Source: a virus
Virus record (IMG/VR): IMGVR_UViG_3300021197_001654
Location: 9,694-73,693 of that record
DNA: 64,000 nt
Reading direction: 5' to 3' (one strand)
Below the pieces are notes generated by a model. The model saw only the letters and a program-made list of their open reading frames with translations, was not told the DNA's origin and did no database searches. This document shows positions 37,426 through 46,959 of this stretch, piece by piece. The translations under genes were made by a program, and so were the position numbers. Within the stretch, counting starts at the first letter, position 1. Every line of letters begins with the position of its first letter.

Positions 37426-38354
37426 TGCAAATTCACAACACAACACCAGTAGCAGCCCCACGTCTCAACACATCAATCCCTCGAGCACGGGTCGCACCAC
37501 TACCGCAACTCAAGTCGCAACAAATCATGACCGTCGGCGCACCTGAAGCGTACCGCGCACCATACGAAGCAGTGTGTGCAGTACCCGTACCCGACAACAC
37601 GTACCATCCGACAACCGGTAACACCCAGTACCAAGCCGTTCCGTACGCATCGTTAATCAACGGCGCACGAGACGAGATGTCGAACATACTGAACGCTCCA
37701 CCACTGTTCGAGACATACGCTCTCAACAAGTCCGGCAATCAGATGTTCGGTATGATCGGCTTCGGGTCAGGACACACCGGCCAGGCCATCACGGTCGCCA
37801 TGCGTTCGAGCTACGACAAGACCATCGCCAACCAGGTAGCCATCGGCAGCGCACCATTCATCTGCGCAAACGGTTGTTTCTCCGGCGAGCATATGATCAG
37901 CGCCAAGCACACCACCAACGTCTTCGAGACACTGGGTAACATGCTGGGTGACATCACCGAGACTGCAATCACACCAGTACTCGAGCGTATCCAGATGATG
38001 GAAGACTGGAAGGATATACCTGTCCAGGACGACTTGTTCGGTGCATACATGGGTGTGTTGTTCTCTCGAGGACTCATCAAGCCCAACTCATTCACCGCAG
38101 CCTTCAGGTACTGGCGCGACTGCCACGACGGCAAGCTCCACAACGAGCACGGAACTAACGACCTGTTCTCCGCGTACCAAGCAGTCACGGCAGCAGGTCA
38201 GCGTAGCTCACCAGGTCAAGCCTTCCGTCACTTCGCAGGTATCGACCACGCGACCAAGGCAATCGCTCAAGCAGGTGGGTCAGTCACAGACGCGTACATC
38301 CCAGCGTTCGACTTGCAGATCCGTGAGTACGTCGACGTAGCAGAGGCCAAGTAA
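37425..38354 (+). CDS. DUF932/DUF945-like protein
   Basis: YQAVPY...GNQMFG...RSSYDKT...FICANG...KHT...LFSAYQAVT pattern. Confidence 0.75.
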   Translation: MQIHNTTPVAAPRLNTSIPRARVAPLPQLKSQQIMTVGAPEAYRAPYEAVCAVPVPDNTYHPTTGNTQYQAVPYASLINGARDEMSNILNAPPLFETYALNKSGNQMFGMIGFGSGHTGQAITVAMRSSYDKTIANQVAIGSAPFICANGCFSGEHMISAKHTTNVFETLGNMLGDITETAITPVLERIQMMEDWKDIPVQDDLFGAYMGVLFSRGLIKPNSFTAAFRYWRDCHDGKLHNEHGTNDLFSAYQAVTAAGQRSSPGQAFRHFAGIDHATKAIAQAGGSVTDAYIPAFDLQIREYVDVAEAK

Positions 38355-38422
38355 TCCTTGTGGTTCGCCGGGTCATCCAGAAGCTCCAAAACCCGGCACT
38401 CCTCCAACCTACAGGACCCAAC

Positions 38423-38740
38423 ATGCACTACACCACACACAACAACACCGACATCGACATCTTCGGCACCCACCTGCAGGGCTACATCGACTGCTCCTAT
38501 CAGCGACTGACAACCCTCTTCGGCAAACCAGACCCTACAACATCCTGGAAAGTAAACTGGGAATGGATCATAAAGTTCGACGACGGCACAGTAGCCACAG
38601 TGTACGACTGGAAGTCCGGTTCCCGACTACGCGACATCGACGGCGACCGAGACACAGCAATCGTCCAGTGGAACATCGGCGGACACAACCGCAAGGCTCT
38701 CGACTATCTGTACGACACCATCAACACAGACACCGCGTAA
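38423..38740 (+). CDS. Conserved phage protein
   Basis: GTHLQGYI...LFGKP...KVNWEW...ATVYDWK...WNIGG. Confidence 0.8.
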   Translation: MHYTTHNNTDIDIFGTHLQGYIDCSYQRLTTLFGKPDPTTSWKVNWEWIIKFDDGTVATVYDWKSGSRLRDIDGDRDTAIVQWNIGGHNRKALDYLYDTINTDTA

Positions 38741-38748
38741 CGCTTTCG

Positions 38749-38790
38749 CGCAGTTGGGGATCTGCGGTGAACGGAACCAAAATCCCCCCT
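38749..38790 (+). ncRNA. H-type pseudoknot motif, second copy
   Basis: CGCAG/CUGCG stem; loop GGGGAU pairs with downstream AUCCCC; same layout as 33684-33720. Confidence 0.55.
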
Positions 38791-38805
38791 ATCAACGGAG
38801 CAACC

Positions 38806-38982
38806 ATGTCCTACCCAGACGATTGGGGCAACGGCTACACACTGTGCCCTACATGTAAACACTACTTCCACAAAAGCGGCACCATGGAATGCATCTGCAT
38901 CCAGTGCGCATCACCAGACTGCGACGAACTCGTAGACCCACAGGAGAAAACATGCAACGACTGCACGACGGACTCAGAGTAG
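38806..38982 (+). CDS. Small Cys-rich protein
   Basis: GGAG RBS; CPTC, CICIQC, CNDC. Confidence 0.6.
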   Translation: MSYPDDWGNGYTLCPTCKHYFHKSGTMECICIQCASPDCDELVDPQEKTCNDCTTDSE

Positions 38983-39362
38983 AAGCCTACTGGAACCTGC
39001 GCCGAAAAACCTGGAGCATCCGGTACAAAGGCCGAGTCATCGCGCACAAAACAGCACTGACCTTACGTGATGTAACCTGGGTAGTGCAGCCAGCAGGACG
39101 TGACCGCGTACGCAGAGAGCGGCGAAAAAACGTCCACGCCATGGCACGCGGCACAGTGCATATGCCGAAACACCCAGACCCAGTACAGTGGAACCGCTAC
39201 TGCGCATCCATCACGTACAACCCATACAAGCACGACCAGTTCGTCTACTGCGAAGACGACCACCCGATCCGCAAAAGCCAGATGGGTTTCCTATCTACCA
39301 CCTTCATCGTAACCCGGGACACTCGAATCCCATCCGTACAAATCCTCGGCCACATCGCCTAA
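38952..39362 (+). CDS. Conserved phage protein
   Basis: VEAYWNL..KTWSI...GRDRVRRERRKNVHA...ITYNPYK. Confidence 0.78.
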   Translation: MQRLHDGLRVEAYWNLRRKTWSIRYKGRVIAHKTALTLRDVTWVVQPAGRDRVRRERRKNVHAMARGTVHMPKHPDPVQWNRYCASITYNPYKHDQFVYCEDDHPIRKSQMGFLSTTFIVTRDTRIPSVQILGHIA

Positions 39363-39386
39363 CCCCCCCGCAAAACAGGAACAACC

Positions 39387-39887
39387 ATGCCCACAAACAT
39401 CTACAAAGTCACCATCGAAGCAATCATGTTCGCCGACACAGACCCAACCAACGGCGACGCCGACGCACTGCTCACGGACCTGCTGACCAGCCCCAGCCGT
39501 ATCATGAACGTCTCAAGCAAACGATACGTCGAAGCGACCAGCACCAACGAAGACGACTGGACCAAACACTCAGTTGAACCAGCACCGACACCTATCGAAG
39601 GTCCCCCACCCGGAACACTCAAGACGACCGGATCGCCGAGACCACATAGCACCCGACCACACCAACTCGAAGCACGCAAAGCTGCAAACGGCAAATGGAG
39701 CAACGTACATACATACGCCTACTTCAGCAACGACTACATCGCAAAGGGCCTACTAATGGGACGCGAAGCAAGAGTCTGCCACGGACGACGCTGCGTATGG
39801 CTCACGATCGACGAGTCCAAAAAGGTCAGCGCCCAAATCAAAGCGTACACCCGTGAACGCGCAGTTGCGCGGAAGGCACAACTATGA
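39387..39887 (+). CDS. Early hypothetical protein
   Basis: AGGA RBS. Confidence 0.7.
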   Translation: MPTNIYKVTIEAIMFADTDPTNGDADALLTDLLTSPSRIMNVSSKRYVEATSTNEDDWTKHSVEPAPTPIEGPPPGTLKTTGSPRPHSTRPHQLEARKAANGKWSNVHTYAYFSNDYIAKGLLMGREARVCHGRRCVWLTIDESKKVSAQIKAYTRERAVARKAQL

Positions 39888-40564
39888 AACCAACTATCCT
39901 ATGGGTCGGACAATCTAAAAACAGCAAAACCGGCAACATCCCCCAAGGTTACGTCGGCGCGACACGAGAGGAAACACGCAAGTCATGCGAAGGCTGCCCA
40001 ATGTTAGGCAACGGCTGTTACCACTGGCAAGGGCTGCCCCGCGCAGCCCAGGCCGGAATGCAACGCGCATACAAAAACAAACCCGAACGTTACAGTCTTG
40101 CCCATGCACTCGACAACTCCAGCCGTATGGCACGCTACGGCCGCGGCGCAGTCGGCGGTGACCCATGGGTATTCGACCGTGACACAGTCATCGGATGGAC
40201 AGACCAAGCGAAGGCCAAGGGCCTCAAAGGCATACTACTCTACACCCACTTTGCCGCCGACAAAGGAGCACACCTCAAAGGATTAGCGCTGGCATCAGTC
40301 CACACACCCGCCGAAGCCGACGACCGCATTCGAGAGGGCTGGCGTGCAGCAATGGTCGCACCGTACAAAACAAAGGACAGCAAACGACAAAGACTAAAGG
40401 ACGTACCCGTATGGAACGGCGAAACAATAACCACACCTGACGGTCACAAAGGCATCGTGTGCCCCGCTCAGCATAAACAAGTAGACTGTAACTCATGCGG
40501 TCTATGCGACGCACAACGCACAGGCGGCAAAGACGCACCACTAATCATCTTCCTTCAGCACTAA
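39884..40564 (+). CDS. Cys-rich GP88/DUF7227-like protein, possible Fe-S enzyme
   Basis: SKNSKTG, CEGCP...CY, GGDP, YTH, CPAQ...CNSCGLC. Confidence 0.65.
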   Translation: MKPTILWVGQSKNSKTGNIPQGYVGATREETRKSCEGCPMLGNGCYHWQGLPRAAQAGMQRAYKNKPERYSLAHALDNSSRMARYGRGAVGGDPWVFDRDTVIGWTDQAKAKGLKGILLYTHFAADKGAHLKGLALASVHTPAEADDRIREGWRAAMVAPYKTKDSKRQRLKDVPVWNGETITTPDGHKGIVCPAQHKQVDCNSCGLCDAQRTGGKDAPLIIFLQH

Positions 40565-40570
40565 GGACCA

Positions 40571-40744
40571 ATGGACACACCGACCAACGACGCCGTCGTA
40601 CCGATCACACCCACCGACCTGGAGACAATTATCGCAATCATCCCACACCTACTCAAATCCGACGAAGCCGGCCCCGCATTCTTCATCGCCACAGAAGAAT
40701 GGCAGACCAAACACAACTACTCCGAGACCGTATCCGATGTATGA
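40571..40744 (+). CDS. Small hypothetical protein (57 aa), not in ORF track
   Basis: AAGGA RBS; MDTPTNDAVVPITPTDLETII... Confidence 0.55.
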   Translation: MDTPTNDAVVPITPTDLETIIAIIPHLLKSDEAGPAFFIATEEWQTKHNYSETVSDV

Positions 40745-40839
40745 CGTCTACGACATCATCTTCACCTTCTTCTGGCTCTTCGCATTCTGGCACGGCTTAG
40801 CCGCTTGTGCCCAGCTAGCCTCATAAACACAGGACAACC

Positions 40840-41067
40840 ATGGACACCGACCGCAAAACCCTTCTCGAAGCAGCACACGAAACGTATCACATCACAACGA
40901 AACTGCACCGCGTAGTCGCTGAAGACATCACAGAAAAAATAAACCGTGGACACGAAAATCCACAACTGCTCGCACAATTGATCGCGGCACACACCCACCA
41001 GACAACGGAACTAAACAAAATGTTGTACACAATCACAAACATCGAAGACAACTGGAGCAACGTATGA
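40840..41067 (+). CDS. Early hypothetical protein
   Basis: AGGA RBS. Confidence 0.65.
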   Translation: MDTDRKTLLEAAHETYHITTKLHRVVAEDITEKINRGHENPQLLAQLIAAHTHQTTELNKMLYTITNIEDNWSNV

Positions 41068-41261
41068 CAAACACCGGCCCTCCTGGCCATTGTTGAACCC
41101 CTAAGCGAACCATAATCAACATCGGGGCCACAAGTGTGTCGTAATTTACGGCATCGAAGGACGTACGCATCGGAGTCGCTCTAAATCCAGCGCGCGCCAC
41201 CAGTTTGACACACTACATGTAGTAGGGTTAACCTTGACGGGACCACCCAGGTCAGTCCGAA

Positions 41262-41304
41262 CAAAAGCTCGCGCCCGGTCAGGACCTCTCCTCTGATCGG
41301 GCGC
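41262..41304 (-). terminator. Strong hairpin / probable terminator after minus-strand operon
   Basis: GCGCCCGATCAG-loop-CTGACCGGGCGC then GAGCTTTTGTT. Confidence 0.5.
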
Positions 41305-41307
41305 ACT

Positions 41308-41622
41308 TTATTCGAGTTCGTGGGGGTCGCCGTAAGAACCGTCGTCGGACTCGTCCTCTGAATGGCCTTCGTCACCGTCCATCTCACCGTCACCGATGAG
41401 ACCCATGATGTGATCAGCCTGCGCCTTGTGCATCTTCGAAGCCTTCTGCAACTCCTCAGCGATCTTACGCAGCGCCTTGTCCGGATCTGACCCATACTCT
41501 GAGTCTTCGCGCACCATCTTCTTCTTAGCGTCCAAGAACGAATCACCGCCAAAGTCAGCGCAGTCAGGTCCCATCGCTTCTTTCTTGGCGACGATCAATA
41601 GTTTAGGTCCGCTTCCGTGCAT
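41308..41622 (-). CDS. Small protein with LQKASKMHKAQA helix and acidic tail
   Basis: 104 aa ORF downstream of TerS-like gene. Confidence 0.65.
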   Translation of the reverse strand: MHGSGPKLLIVAKKEAMGPDCADFGGDSFLDAKKKMVREDSEYGSDPDKALRKIAEELQKASKMHKAQADHIMGLIGDGEMDGDEGHSEDESDDGSYGDPHELE

Positions 41623-41639
41623 GATATTTTCCGTCCTTC

Positions 41640-42185
41640 TTAAGATCCGACAACCGCGCCGCCGGCAACGATACGAGCGAGACGCTCATCAAAGTCTACA
41701 TCAACCGTAACGCCTACTCGAGTGTCTGACGATTCGGACTGCGGTGTAATTCCGCATCTATCCAGTATCGCTTCCGATGCCTTGACACGATCTCTCGGCT
41801 GAGCGCCTACGTCTGTTGCAACCTCCAGGAGCGCACTGAGCGCTGCGGTAGCAGCCTCCTGCAAACCCTGACCTAATGCATCTTTCCGGCGTTCGGCCCC
41901 GCTCTCGATAGCCTCAACGAACTCGGGCTCTTTAGACCAGCCCCACACTGTGGTCGGCCGTATACCAAGTCGTCGGGCTGCCGTAGAAACTGTGTATCCG
42001 GCTACCAACAACTGCTTTGCCACATCCCGCATCTCATCGTTGTCACTAAACCGAGCTTGCTCGGCGAGCATAGCCACGATCTCTGCTTCTCCGACTGGAA
42101 CCACAGTGCGTGGTACGACTTGTAGCCCCTCGACCGAAGGCAGAGTTGGTTGCGGTGCGTCTACTTCATCTTCCATAGACAACAT
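41640..42185 (-). CDS. Putative terminase small subunit / HTH protein
   Basis: HTH (TVSTAARRLGIRPTTVWGW), oligomerisation helices, RVKASEAILDRCG motif. Confidence 0.68.
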   Translation of the reverse strand: MLSMEDEVDAPQPTLPSVEGLQVVPRTVVPVGEAEIVAMLAEQARFSDNDEMRDVAKQLLVAGYTVSTAARRLGIRPTTVWGWSKEPEFVEAIESGAERRKDALGQGLQEAATAALSALLEVATDVGAQPRDRVKASEAILDRCGITPQSESSDTRVGVTVDVDFDERLARIVAGGAVVGS

Positions 42186-42236
42186 CTTACCCCACCAAAT
42201 AAAACCTCACAACAAACGAGGCGCAGGACGAAGGCA

Positions 42237-44378
42237 TCACGCCTCCGATTCTATCGCCATATCTGCTGCGTGCCTGTCGATGCAGTAACATCGTGTCGGC
42301 TGACCATCGACGCGCACAACGCGGCTTCGAGCCTTCTGTATTCCACCGCTACGCTTCAGCCACTCCCGGTCTTTCCAGCGCGTGATAATCTCATCGGGCT
42401 CGTGTCCAAGCTCACGCATTAGATTATTAAAAGCAGTAGTCGTTACTGCAATCTGATCCCAATCGTTCTTCTGGTCCCATGAGCCGACCCATCCCTGCGA
42501 AGGCGATTTAGTATTGCCCTCGCGGTCACGCTCTGCACGACCCCAAAACCTTTTCTGGTTCGACGCACACCAAGTCAAGAAATCTTGCAGTGCTGACAAC
42601 GGTCGGTCAGCGTCTACGCCAGCCTGCTCCTGCGACTCAAGTAAGCAGGTGAATGGGTCAACCGTAGGGTGAGGCACACCCAAACTATGTACGATGCTAG
42701 CAGATACTTCGAGTACAGCCAGATGCCCCGCATGTCTCCGAGCCACCGCAGACTTGGCCAGGTCGGAGTATTTCTGACGCGCCACCTGAAAGACTCCTCG
42801 GATGTCGTCATGTCTTTCCCGGTTGGCCACCAGGTACTGAACTACGCGTCGGCCGAGATGTCCGTAAGTCTTCGCCAGCAGCGCCTGTGAGTCTTCGCTC
42901 GCCGCTGAACCCACTACAATGTCGTCTCCCAGCGGCTTACCCTTGAGCGACAGAACACGCGCACGAGTACCAGCATCCTGCGAGAATGATGTAGCCGCAC
43001 CTTCTCCACTACTTACAAGAATCGAACGCCAGGACTCAGTATGGCGCGTACCTTCGACGGAGCCGCGACCCCTACCTTGACCCTGACAGAAGTCATAGAT
43101 GACGTCACGGACGATCCTCGTGTGCCTAGCGCGCTTGGTTTCGTCTAGGATCAAAGGCAGGTTCTTAAGGAATCCACTTGTACGCTCAATCCAAACCTTA
43201 GTGGCGTCCCAAGAATACATGGCTGTCGGGTATGACTCTGCGGGACGACCCCAGACGGCAGCCGCAAAGCGAAGAGCCGTAGTCTTACCACCGCTAGTCT
43301 CCCCGCTGAAGTCTAAAACAAAGCCCGGAACACGGAGCACTTCGAGTAACGGAGCCGCAGCGCTCGCGTATGTCGCGACGAACATGTAAGGAAAGTCCTC
43401 GACTAAACGCATAGCGTCAAGCCATTCGTTCCAAGTTCCCTTAGCAACCCATCCACCCGACAAAGTCTCAAGACCTGACGGAGGCGTAAGCGCAAAGTCT
43501 GTGTCGGAATCATCCCCAGACGAATAGTACATGTCTGGTAGGAGAAACCCACCATCGGGCTGCCATCCCATCGAGGAAGCTGACTGCACTACAGGAAACC
43601 TGTGCGCATTCTCAGCGTCGAACTCAGATAAATACGACACCATGTGCAATGTATTGTTCGTACTGACCGGCGCGTCTAAGTTTGAAAGCGTAATGATCTT
43701 TGATGTGTCGACGATAGTTCGTCTGTTGACGACTCGTGACCGCCACCCACTGGCTCCACGCCAGACAAGCAGTCGCTTAGCGTCGCCACTGACCACATCT
43801 ATTGTTCGACCCGCGATAAAGATCGGCGCAAGAGCGATACGTGTCCGCGATATAGTTCCGTCGGGCTGAGCCGCAAGCCTGTATACGCCGTTAAAGTCAA
43901 TCTCAAACCCGCGAGGAGTCCTAAGACTTCCAAGCACTTGCCGGGTAACAATTGATGGCGGCGGCGAACCTTCACCCAACATAGTCTCGAGGCTAGGTAA
44001 TTCGCCAAGCTGCTCTTCAATCTCGGCCAAGATAGCGTCGGAACGACGACGTCGCATATCGTTTGCGAGGTTCTGTATCGTCCTACGCAACTGACGTGCG
44101 CGCTGAACCTGTCGCGGAATCATCTCGATAAGCGCAAGGTTTGTGTTTAGTCGGACCTCGTCTTGCAACCAAGCTTCCGCCAAGTCGCTAATGGTCTCGG
44201 GGTCATGCATGGAATCCCACGCAGCCCTATGTTCTGGGCGTCCCCCCTCTCGTAGCCGACCAACGAGTCGGTTAATTACTTCTACTGCGCGATCAACGAC
44301 AGAGACTTCATCCGCGTCTCTGCTTTGGCCACCGGGGCTCTCCATCCCCACCGTGCCATCTGCTTCCATCTGAACCAC
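42237..44378 (-). CDS. DUF927 / Cch-like replicative helicase with no attached primase domain
   Basis: GWQPDGGF, Walker A GETSGGKTT, SWDAT, LPLILDE, WRSILVSSGE, GTRAR, YGHLG, C-terminal winged helix. Confidence 0.88.
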   Translation of the reverse strand: MVQMEADGTVGMESPGGQSRDADEVSVVDRAVEVINRLVGRLREGGRPEHRAAWDSMHDPETISDLAEAWLQDEVRLNTNLALIEMIPRQVQRARQLRRTIQNLANDMRRRRSDAILAEIEEQLGELPSLETMLGEGSPPPSIVTRQVLGSLRTPRGFEIDFNGVYRLAAQPDGTISRTRIALAPIFIAGRTIDVVSGDAKRLLVWRGASGWRSRVVNRRTIVDTSKIITLSNLDAPVSTNNTLHMVSYLSEFDAENAHRFPVVQSASSMGWQPDGGFLLPDMYYSSGDDSDTDFALTPPSGLETLSGGWVAKGTWNEWLDAMRLVEDFPYMFVATYASAAAPLLEVLRVPGFVLDFSGETSGGKTTALRFAAAVWGRPAESYPTAMYSWDATKVWIERTSGFLKNLPLILDETKRARHTRIVRDVIYDFCQGQGRGRGSVEGTRHTESWRSILVSSGEGAATSFSQDAGTRARVLSLKGKPLGDDIVVGSAASEDSQALLAKTYGHLGRRVVQYLVANRERHDDIRGVFQVARQKYSDLAKSAVARRHAGHLAVLEVSASIVHSLGVPHPTVDPFTCLLESQEQAGVDADRPLSALQDFLTWCASNQKRFWGRAERDREGNTKSPSQGWVGSWDQKNDWDQIAVTTTAFNNLMRELGHEPDEIITRWKDREWLKRSGGIQKARSRVVRVDGQPTRCYCIDRHAADMAIESEA

Positions 44379-44401
44379 CTAGTTACTTACAATTTCAACC
44401 C

Positions 44402-44493
44402 AAACAAAAACCGACCACCCGAAGACGGGTAATCTCAGACGAGCGTACTCGACCGGTCCAACCAGACTATCGAGTTGACGCACCCCGTGTCAA
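44402..44493 (-). promoter_or_regulatory. Sigma70-like promoter followed by a leader terminator upstream of the helicase
   Basis: TTGACA-18-TAGTCT; hairpin GATTACCC-GTCTTC-GGGTGGTC then GGTTTTTGTTT. Confidence 0.5.
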
Positions 44494-44512
44494 ACCACGA
44501 TTCGCTACATCC

Positions 44513-44535
44513 TGTTATACTTACCTGAACGGCAA
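44513..44535 (+). promoter_or_regulatory. Extended -10 promoter (TGtTATACT) with operator-like TTACC-N5-GGCAA
   Basis: Same geometry as the sites at 15135 and 20709. Confidence 0.55.
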
Positions 44536-44546
44536 TAGGAGGACTC

Positions 44547-44900
44547 ATGCCAACACCGAAAAAGACTGCGTCATCTAAACCTGCCGCAAAAAAGAAAGCC
44601 CCTGCAAAGAAGAAGGCCCCCGCAAAGAAGGCAGCACCAAAGAAGGTCGCTGCTGCTAAGCCTACACCTAAGCCGGCACCGAAACCTGCACCCCCACCAC
44701 CAAAGCATCGCTCGGTATGGATACGGACAAACGCAGGCGAAAAGACGTTTAACTTCGTAGGCGATAATGATTTTAACGCTGCGATGAAGATCATCAATTT
44801 TGCTCCGAGTAAGTCGCAAGGGTTCCGCCGACCACCAATTTACAGTGTCGACGGATACCAGTTTCAGTTTGTGTATCAATGTGTTGTGACTGAGCACTAA
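44547..44900 (+). CDS. Histone H1-like (PAKK repeat) protein
   Basis: KPAAKKKAPAKKKAPAKKAAPKK; AGGAGG RBS. Confidence 0.8.
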   Translation: MPTPKKTASSKPAAKKKAPAKKKAPAKKAAPKKVAAAKPTPKPAPKPAPPPPKHRSVWIRTNAGEKTFNFVGDNDFNAAMKIINFAPSKSQGFRRPPIYSVDGYQFQFVYQCVVTEH

Positions 44901-44921
44901 GCGCACCCAGCCACATCACTG

Positions 44922-46928
44922 CTACGGAGCCGGCGGAAGATTAATCGGGACAACGTTGTCTGCCTTCACGACCTTAAAGCTACCATCAGGTAGTATCTCG
45001 GTGAGTGAGGGGTCAAGGTTGTTCTCGATTAGATGCGCCGCTGTCTCTTTAGTCATCGTAAGAATATCGACCATGAGAAACCCGCGCTCCTCCAACTTCT
45101 TAGCTGACCGGCTGATAACACTGAGCCCACCATCGTTACGTACCTTCTTGCGGGCAGGCTTCTTTTCCTGTGGCTCGGGTACTGCAACGTCCTCGACGAC
45201 CTTCTCGCCTTCGACCCAGGTCTTGCTGACCTCGTCCATGTCAATGATAGTCCACCCCTTTGGCGGACGACCCATCGGACGAACGGTGCTCGCGATAACA
45301 ACTTGACCCTCAAAGCTGAGAAACCCACGCATGACGGCAGACAGAGTGCGTGTGTCCCACGCCCGGTCATACGGAATCAGAATCGCAGGGTCAGACTTAC
45401 TCATCTTAGCGGTGACGGCCATACTTACAGCAACGATTACTGTGGCCCACTCGGCACCAGACAAGGCGCAGTGTAGCCTACCGTTACGCTCGAACCCCAT
45501 GCGGAATACCTCTCGGTCGCCATCCATGAGTTCAATCTTAAAGGTCCACTGCTCCGGCAAAAACTTCTGTACTTGCGAGGTAAACTTGAGAGCTTGGACT
45601 GAGAGTAGGTGACCCACAGCTTTCTCACACGCAATCCTCAAGTCCTTGTAAGTACTCTGGTCTTCCCGAAAGTTCTGGATTCTTGATTGGGCATTAGTCA
45701 AATCGGACCAGCGGTCACGAACGACTTCCATCTTACCTAAGGCGTCCATAGCAACACCCAGTCTCGCTTGTGCGTCGTCGACGGGAATCGCTCGACCATC
45801 TTTGGCCCTCACCTCGGTCGCCTCAACAGAAGCGATCTCTACCTCAACAGCACTCAAGTTCTTCTGAGCACTATCAATACGCCCCTGCATGTCGTTGATG
45901 CGGCCACGGAGTTCGAATGATTGCTGCTCCCACGTAGAGTTGATGTCCTCGTAGTAGGTCTGGCAACTCTTGAGGTGGTCAAGTCCCACAGCGCTGCTGC
46001 ATACAGGGCATTGCTCAAGGCTGTGCTCAACAGCAACGTTCACGATTGCGATTGCCTGGTCAACATTAGCGCCCTTCTGAGGCAGATTTAATTCAAGTTC
46101 GCGCTTAGCCGAAGTCGAAGTCACCTTCATGTCTTCCCACGCGTGTCGCTGCTCAGCTAATCGACGTAGCTTGTCTGACTTCTCGGCTTCCGTCATGCCT
46201 GAGTTCGCCGCTCGAATTGACGCGTCTAGTATCTCTCTCGCTTCGGCGACAGCAAATCGAACCTTCTCGATGTCTTCGTCCGACGGCTGGGCCTCAACGG
46301 AGTCACCGATTGTCCCGATAACAATTTCTGCGCCCTTGATCTCTTTTGCTATCTCCCGGCCACGAGTGTTCGCGTAGTTGAGAATCTCAATGAGAGTTTC
46401 AGTCTCGCTCAAGTTCCGGCCTCGATGCTGTGCAATGTCTTTATACTTGCTGTGCAACTGCGTAGGTAAGCAGGCTAAAACGTCCTCGCGATGGACGTCT
46501 TCACTTGACCACTGCAAGAATGCTTTTCTTGCTGTCGACGCCGACCCCGAAAGAGCAGCCGCGACTGAACGGTGGACCAAGCTAAGTGCGCCCGGCCCAT
46601 CATGCTGAGGCCTCTTGACCTTGCCGTCTTCTCGACGAGCGTTGTAGCTCGCTGTATTGCCATCGCTAAACCGTGCGGTAACTCCAAGCTCGTCTCCTGG
46701 TGCAAGGGTAAGAAGTAAAGCCGCGTCAGATACAATGCTTCGGCCGATAATATCATCGGCAGAGCCCGCAATCGCAAGCTCGATAGCTTGCACGACGGTG
46801 CTTTTGTGGCTTGTGTTTGACCCCACAAGCAAAGTTTTCGGTCCAATGTCGATGCTCCAGGCATCTCCATTAGGTCGAGGTGACTTCAAATTACTATAGA
46901 CATTCTCGACGTAAGGTCGCGTGGACAT
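44922..46928 (-). CDS. Rad50/SbcC-like SMC ATPase with variant motifs
   Basis: GSNTSHKS P-loop, coiled coils, zinc hook CPVC, signature LSGAE. Confidence 0.8.
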   Translation of the reverse strand: MSTRPYVENVYSNLKSPRPNGDAWSIDIGPKTLLVGSNTSHKSTVVQAIELAIAGSADDIIGRSIVSDAALLLTLAPGDELGVTARFSDGNTASYNARREDGKVKRPQHDGPGALSLVHRSVAAALSGSASTARKAFLQWSSEDVHREDVLACLPTQLHSKYKDIAQHRGRNLSETETLIEILNYANTRGREIAKEIKGAEIVIGTIGDSVEAQPSDEDIEKVRFAVAEAREILDASIRAANSGMTEAEKSDKLRRLAEQRHAWEDMKVTSTSAKRELELNLPQKGANVDQAIAIVNVAVEHSLEQCPVCSSAVGLDHLKSCQTYYEDINSTWEQQSFELRGRINDMQGRIDSAQKNLSAVEVEIASVEATEVRAKDGRAIPVDDAQARLGVAMDALGKMEVVRDRWSDLTNAQSRIQNFREDQSTYKDLRIACEKAVGHLLSVQALKFTSQVQKFLPEQWTFKIELMDGDREVFRMGFERNGRLHCALSGAEWATVIVAVSMAVTAKMSKSDPAILIPYDRAWDTRTLSAVMRGFLSFEGQVVIASTVRPMGRPPKGWTIIDMDEVSKTWVEGEKVVEDVAVPEPQEKKPARKKVRNDGGLSVISRSAKKLEERGFLMVDILTMTKETAAHLIENNLDPSLTEILPDGSFKVVKADNVVPINLPPAP

Positions 46929-46959
46929 AAGTCCTCCTGTTGTGATGTTACTCTTGGTC

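Noticed and set aside
41123-41203. tmRNA/tRNA-like GGGGCC...GCCACCA, or an HDV-like ribozyme near 41076
   Set aside because: No T-loop, acceptor pairing or tag ORF; P1/P2 of an HDV fold could not be formed
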